Below are positions 62,802-64,000 of a stretch of DNA of 64,000 nt, piece after piece. The position numbers were made by a program, and so were the translations under genes. Each line of letters begins with the position of its first letter. Position 1 is the stretch's first letter. Source of the DNA: an uncultured Chloroflexia bacterium (GTDB taxonomy: Bacteria; Chloroflexota; Anaerolineae; Anaerolineales; E44-bin32); assembly GCA_963783335.1 (NCBI GenBank), contig CAWAND010000010.1, positions 1,125,476-1,189,475 of the forward strand. Direction: 5' to 3'. Below the pieces are notes generated by a model. That model saw only the letters and a program-made list of their open reading frames with translations, did not search any database and was not told the DNA's origin.

Positions 62802-64000
62802 AGCGACTGCTGCCCGCCATTCTGATTGTGATATTTTTCACAAGTAGTTGCGGGCTTTTCAGCTCGGGGCCGCGCACGCCCGAACCAACCGGGACGCTCC
62901 CCGGTCCATCGGTGCGCAACACGCCCGCGCCAGATGCCGAGGCGGCGGCGACCCAGTTTCTGGACGCCTGGAAGCAGAGCGACTACGACAGCATGTATGG
63001 CATGCTGAGCTCACTGACCCAGGCGGGCATCAGTAAGCAGGCGTTCGTCGATCGCTATGATTCGGTCGTCACGCAAGCCGCACTGAGCGGGATCGACACC
63101 GAGATCGTCTCTTCGCTGGTCCACCCGGATTCAGCCCAGGTACGCTACCGCGTCACCTTCCACAGCACGGTGGTGGGCGACTTCGTGGTTGAGACCTACA
63201 TGAATCTGACCCGAGAAGACAACCAGTGGAAGGTGGCTTGGTCGGACAGCGCGATCATGCCGGATTTGGCCAATGGCAACCAGCTCTCGATGCAGGTCAA
63301 CACACCAGTTCGGGCCAACATCTACGATCGCAACGGCCTGGCGTTGGCCACCCAGGGGGACATCGTCGCCCTGTGGATCGTGCCCAACCAGATCGGAGAC
63401 GGTGACGCTGAGTTCGAACATGCTGTCGGCCTTGAGCCGCCTGCTCGACCGCCCCGCCGACAATATCAAAGCGCTCTACGACGACATCCGCTCGACCGAT
63501 TGGCGGGTCAACCTGGGCGAAGTGTCGTTGGACGACTTCCAGCGCTATCAGGGAACGTTGGCAGCCACCGGCGGTGTGCAGTGGGCTGTGTACCAGGGAC
63601 GCTATTATCCCAACGACGGCTTGGCACCGCATTCGGTCGGCTATGTAGCCCAAATTCAGGCCGAGCAAGTTGAGAAGTATCAGCGCCTTGGCTATCGCAA
63701 GGATGCCTTTGTCGGCCAGGATGGGCTGGAAGCGGTATACGAAAGCGATCTGCGCGGCACGCCGGGCGGCACACTCTACGTGCTGGATGCGGGGAACAAC
63801 GTGCTCAAGGAGCTCGCCTCGCGCGATCCAGAACCCCCCTCTGCCGTTTACACGAACCTGGACCGTGACCTTCAGCTCCACACACAGCAGGCGCTGGCCT
63901 CGATGCCAGAACAGGTGCGCGCGGCGGCGGTCGTGTTGGACAGGGACTCGGGGGCCGTACTGGCGATCGCCTCCTCGCCCGGGTTCGACCCCAACCTGTT
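62798..64000 (+). pseudogene. penicillin-binding protein 2-type transpeptidase, 3' end outside window, with a frame disruption near 63405-63422
   Basis: ATGA overlap with the maf stop. Signal/lipobox MKRLLPAILIVIFFTSSCG. Frame 2 turns to nonsense after ...NQIGDGDAE. Frame 0 continues NMLSALSRLLDRPADNIKALY...AAVVLDRDSGAVLAIASSPGFDPN to the window edge. Confidence 0.75.
62827..62842. promoter_or_regulatory. TGTGA-N6-TCACA palindrome, copy 6 (intragenic)
   Basis: aTTGTGAtatttTTCACAa within codons 10-15 (signal peptide LIVIFFTS) of the PBP gene. Confidence 0.25.

Noticed and set aside
1-64000. Search for rRNA, tRNA, CRISPR arrays, prophage or transposable elements and long nucleotide repeats
   Set aside because: I saw no T-arm/GTTCGAATC-type tRNA signatures in the intergenic gaps, no regularly spaced direct repeats, no transposase, integrase or recombinase-like ORFs, and no terminal inverted repeats. 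The window looks like core chromosome.

Overview
GC-rich bacterial chromosomal segment, densely coding (about 60 genes), with no rRNA, tRNA, CRISPR array, transposase or integrase that I could recognise. Gene content suggests a Chloroflexota-like organism, but this is inference only and no search was run: SLH repeats, zinc-ribbon/acidic repeat proteins, a C39-TPR protein, HerA-NurA, late menaquinone genes of the UbiA/UbiD/UbiE type, and the SCO1664/DUF3090/phosphomutase trio. Recognisable blocks are: thrS 3' end; L,D-transpeptidase; a membrane HdrD-like Fe-S protein; a four-gene 2-oxoacid dehydrogenase operon (E1a/E1b/E2/E3) plus citrate synthase; a minus-strand block with Nudix, methyltransferases, UbiE, an NMT1-type ABC importer, UbiA, a Mo-oxidoreductase and UbiD; zwf; ferritin; a DNA-modification-type radical SAM gene; a two-component system; bioY; a nurA-x-x-herA module; a 9-10 gene plus-strand cluster of uncharacterised membrane proteins with a GlmL/MutL-like actin-fold ATPase; phosphohexomutase; uvrC; galK; hom; rarA; maf and a PBP2-type transpeptidase. 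Main non-genic signals: (1) six perfect TGTGA-N6-TCACA palindromes, five of them intergenic; (2) recurrent extended -10 boxes (TGnTAnAAT), often 6-9 nt from the start codon, implying many leaderless mRNAs; (3) four apparent single-nucleotide frame disruptions in otherwise ordinary genes, two of them in 4-nt homopolymers, which look more like assembly indels than gene decay; (4) a 580-nt lower-GC non-coding gap. All functional calls rest on motifs read from the translations. No database search was possible.
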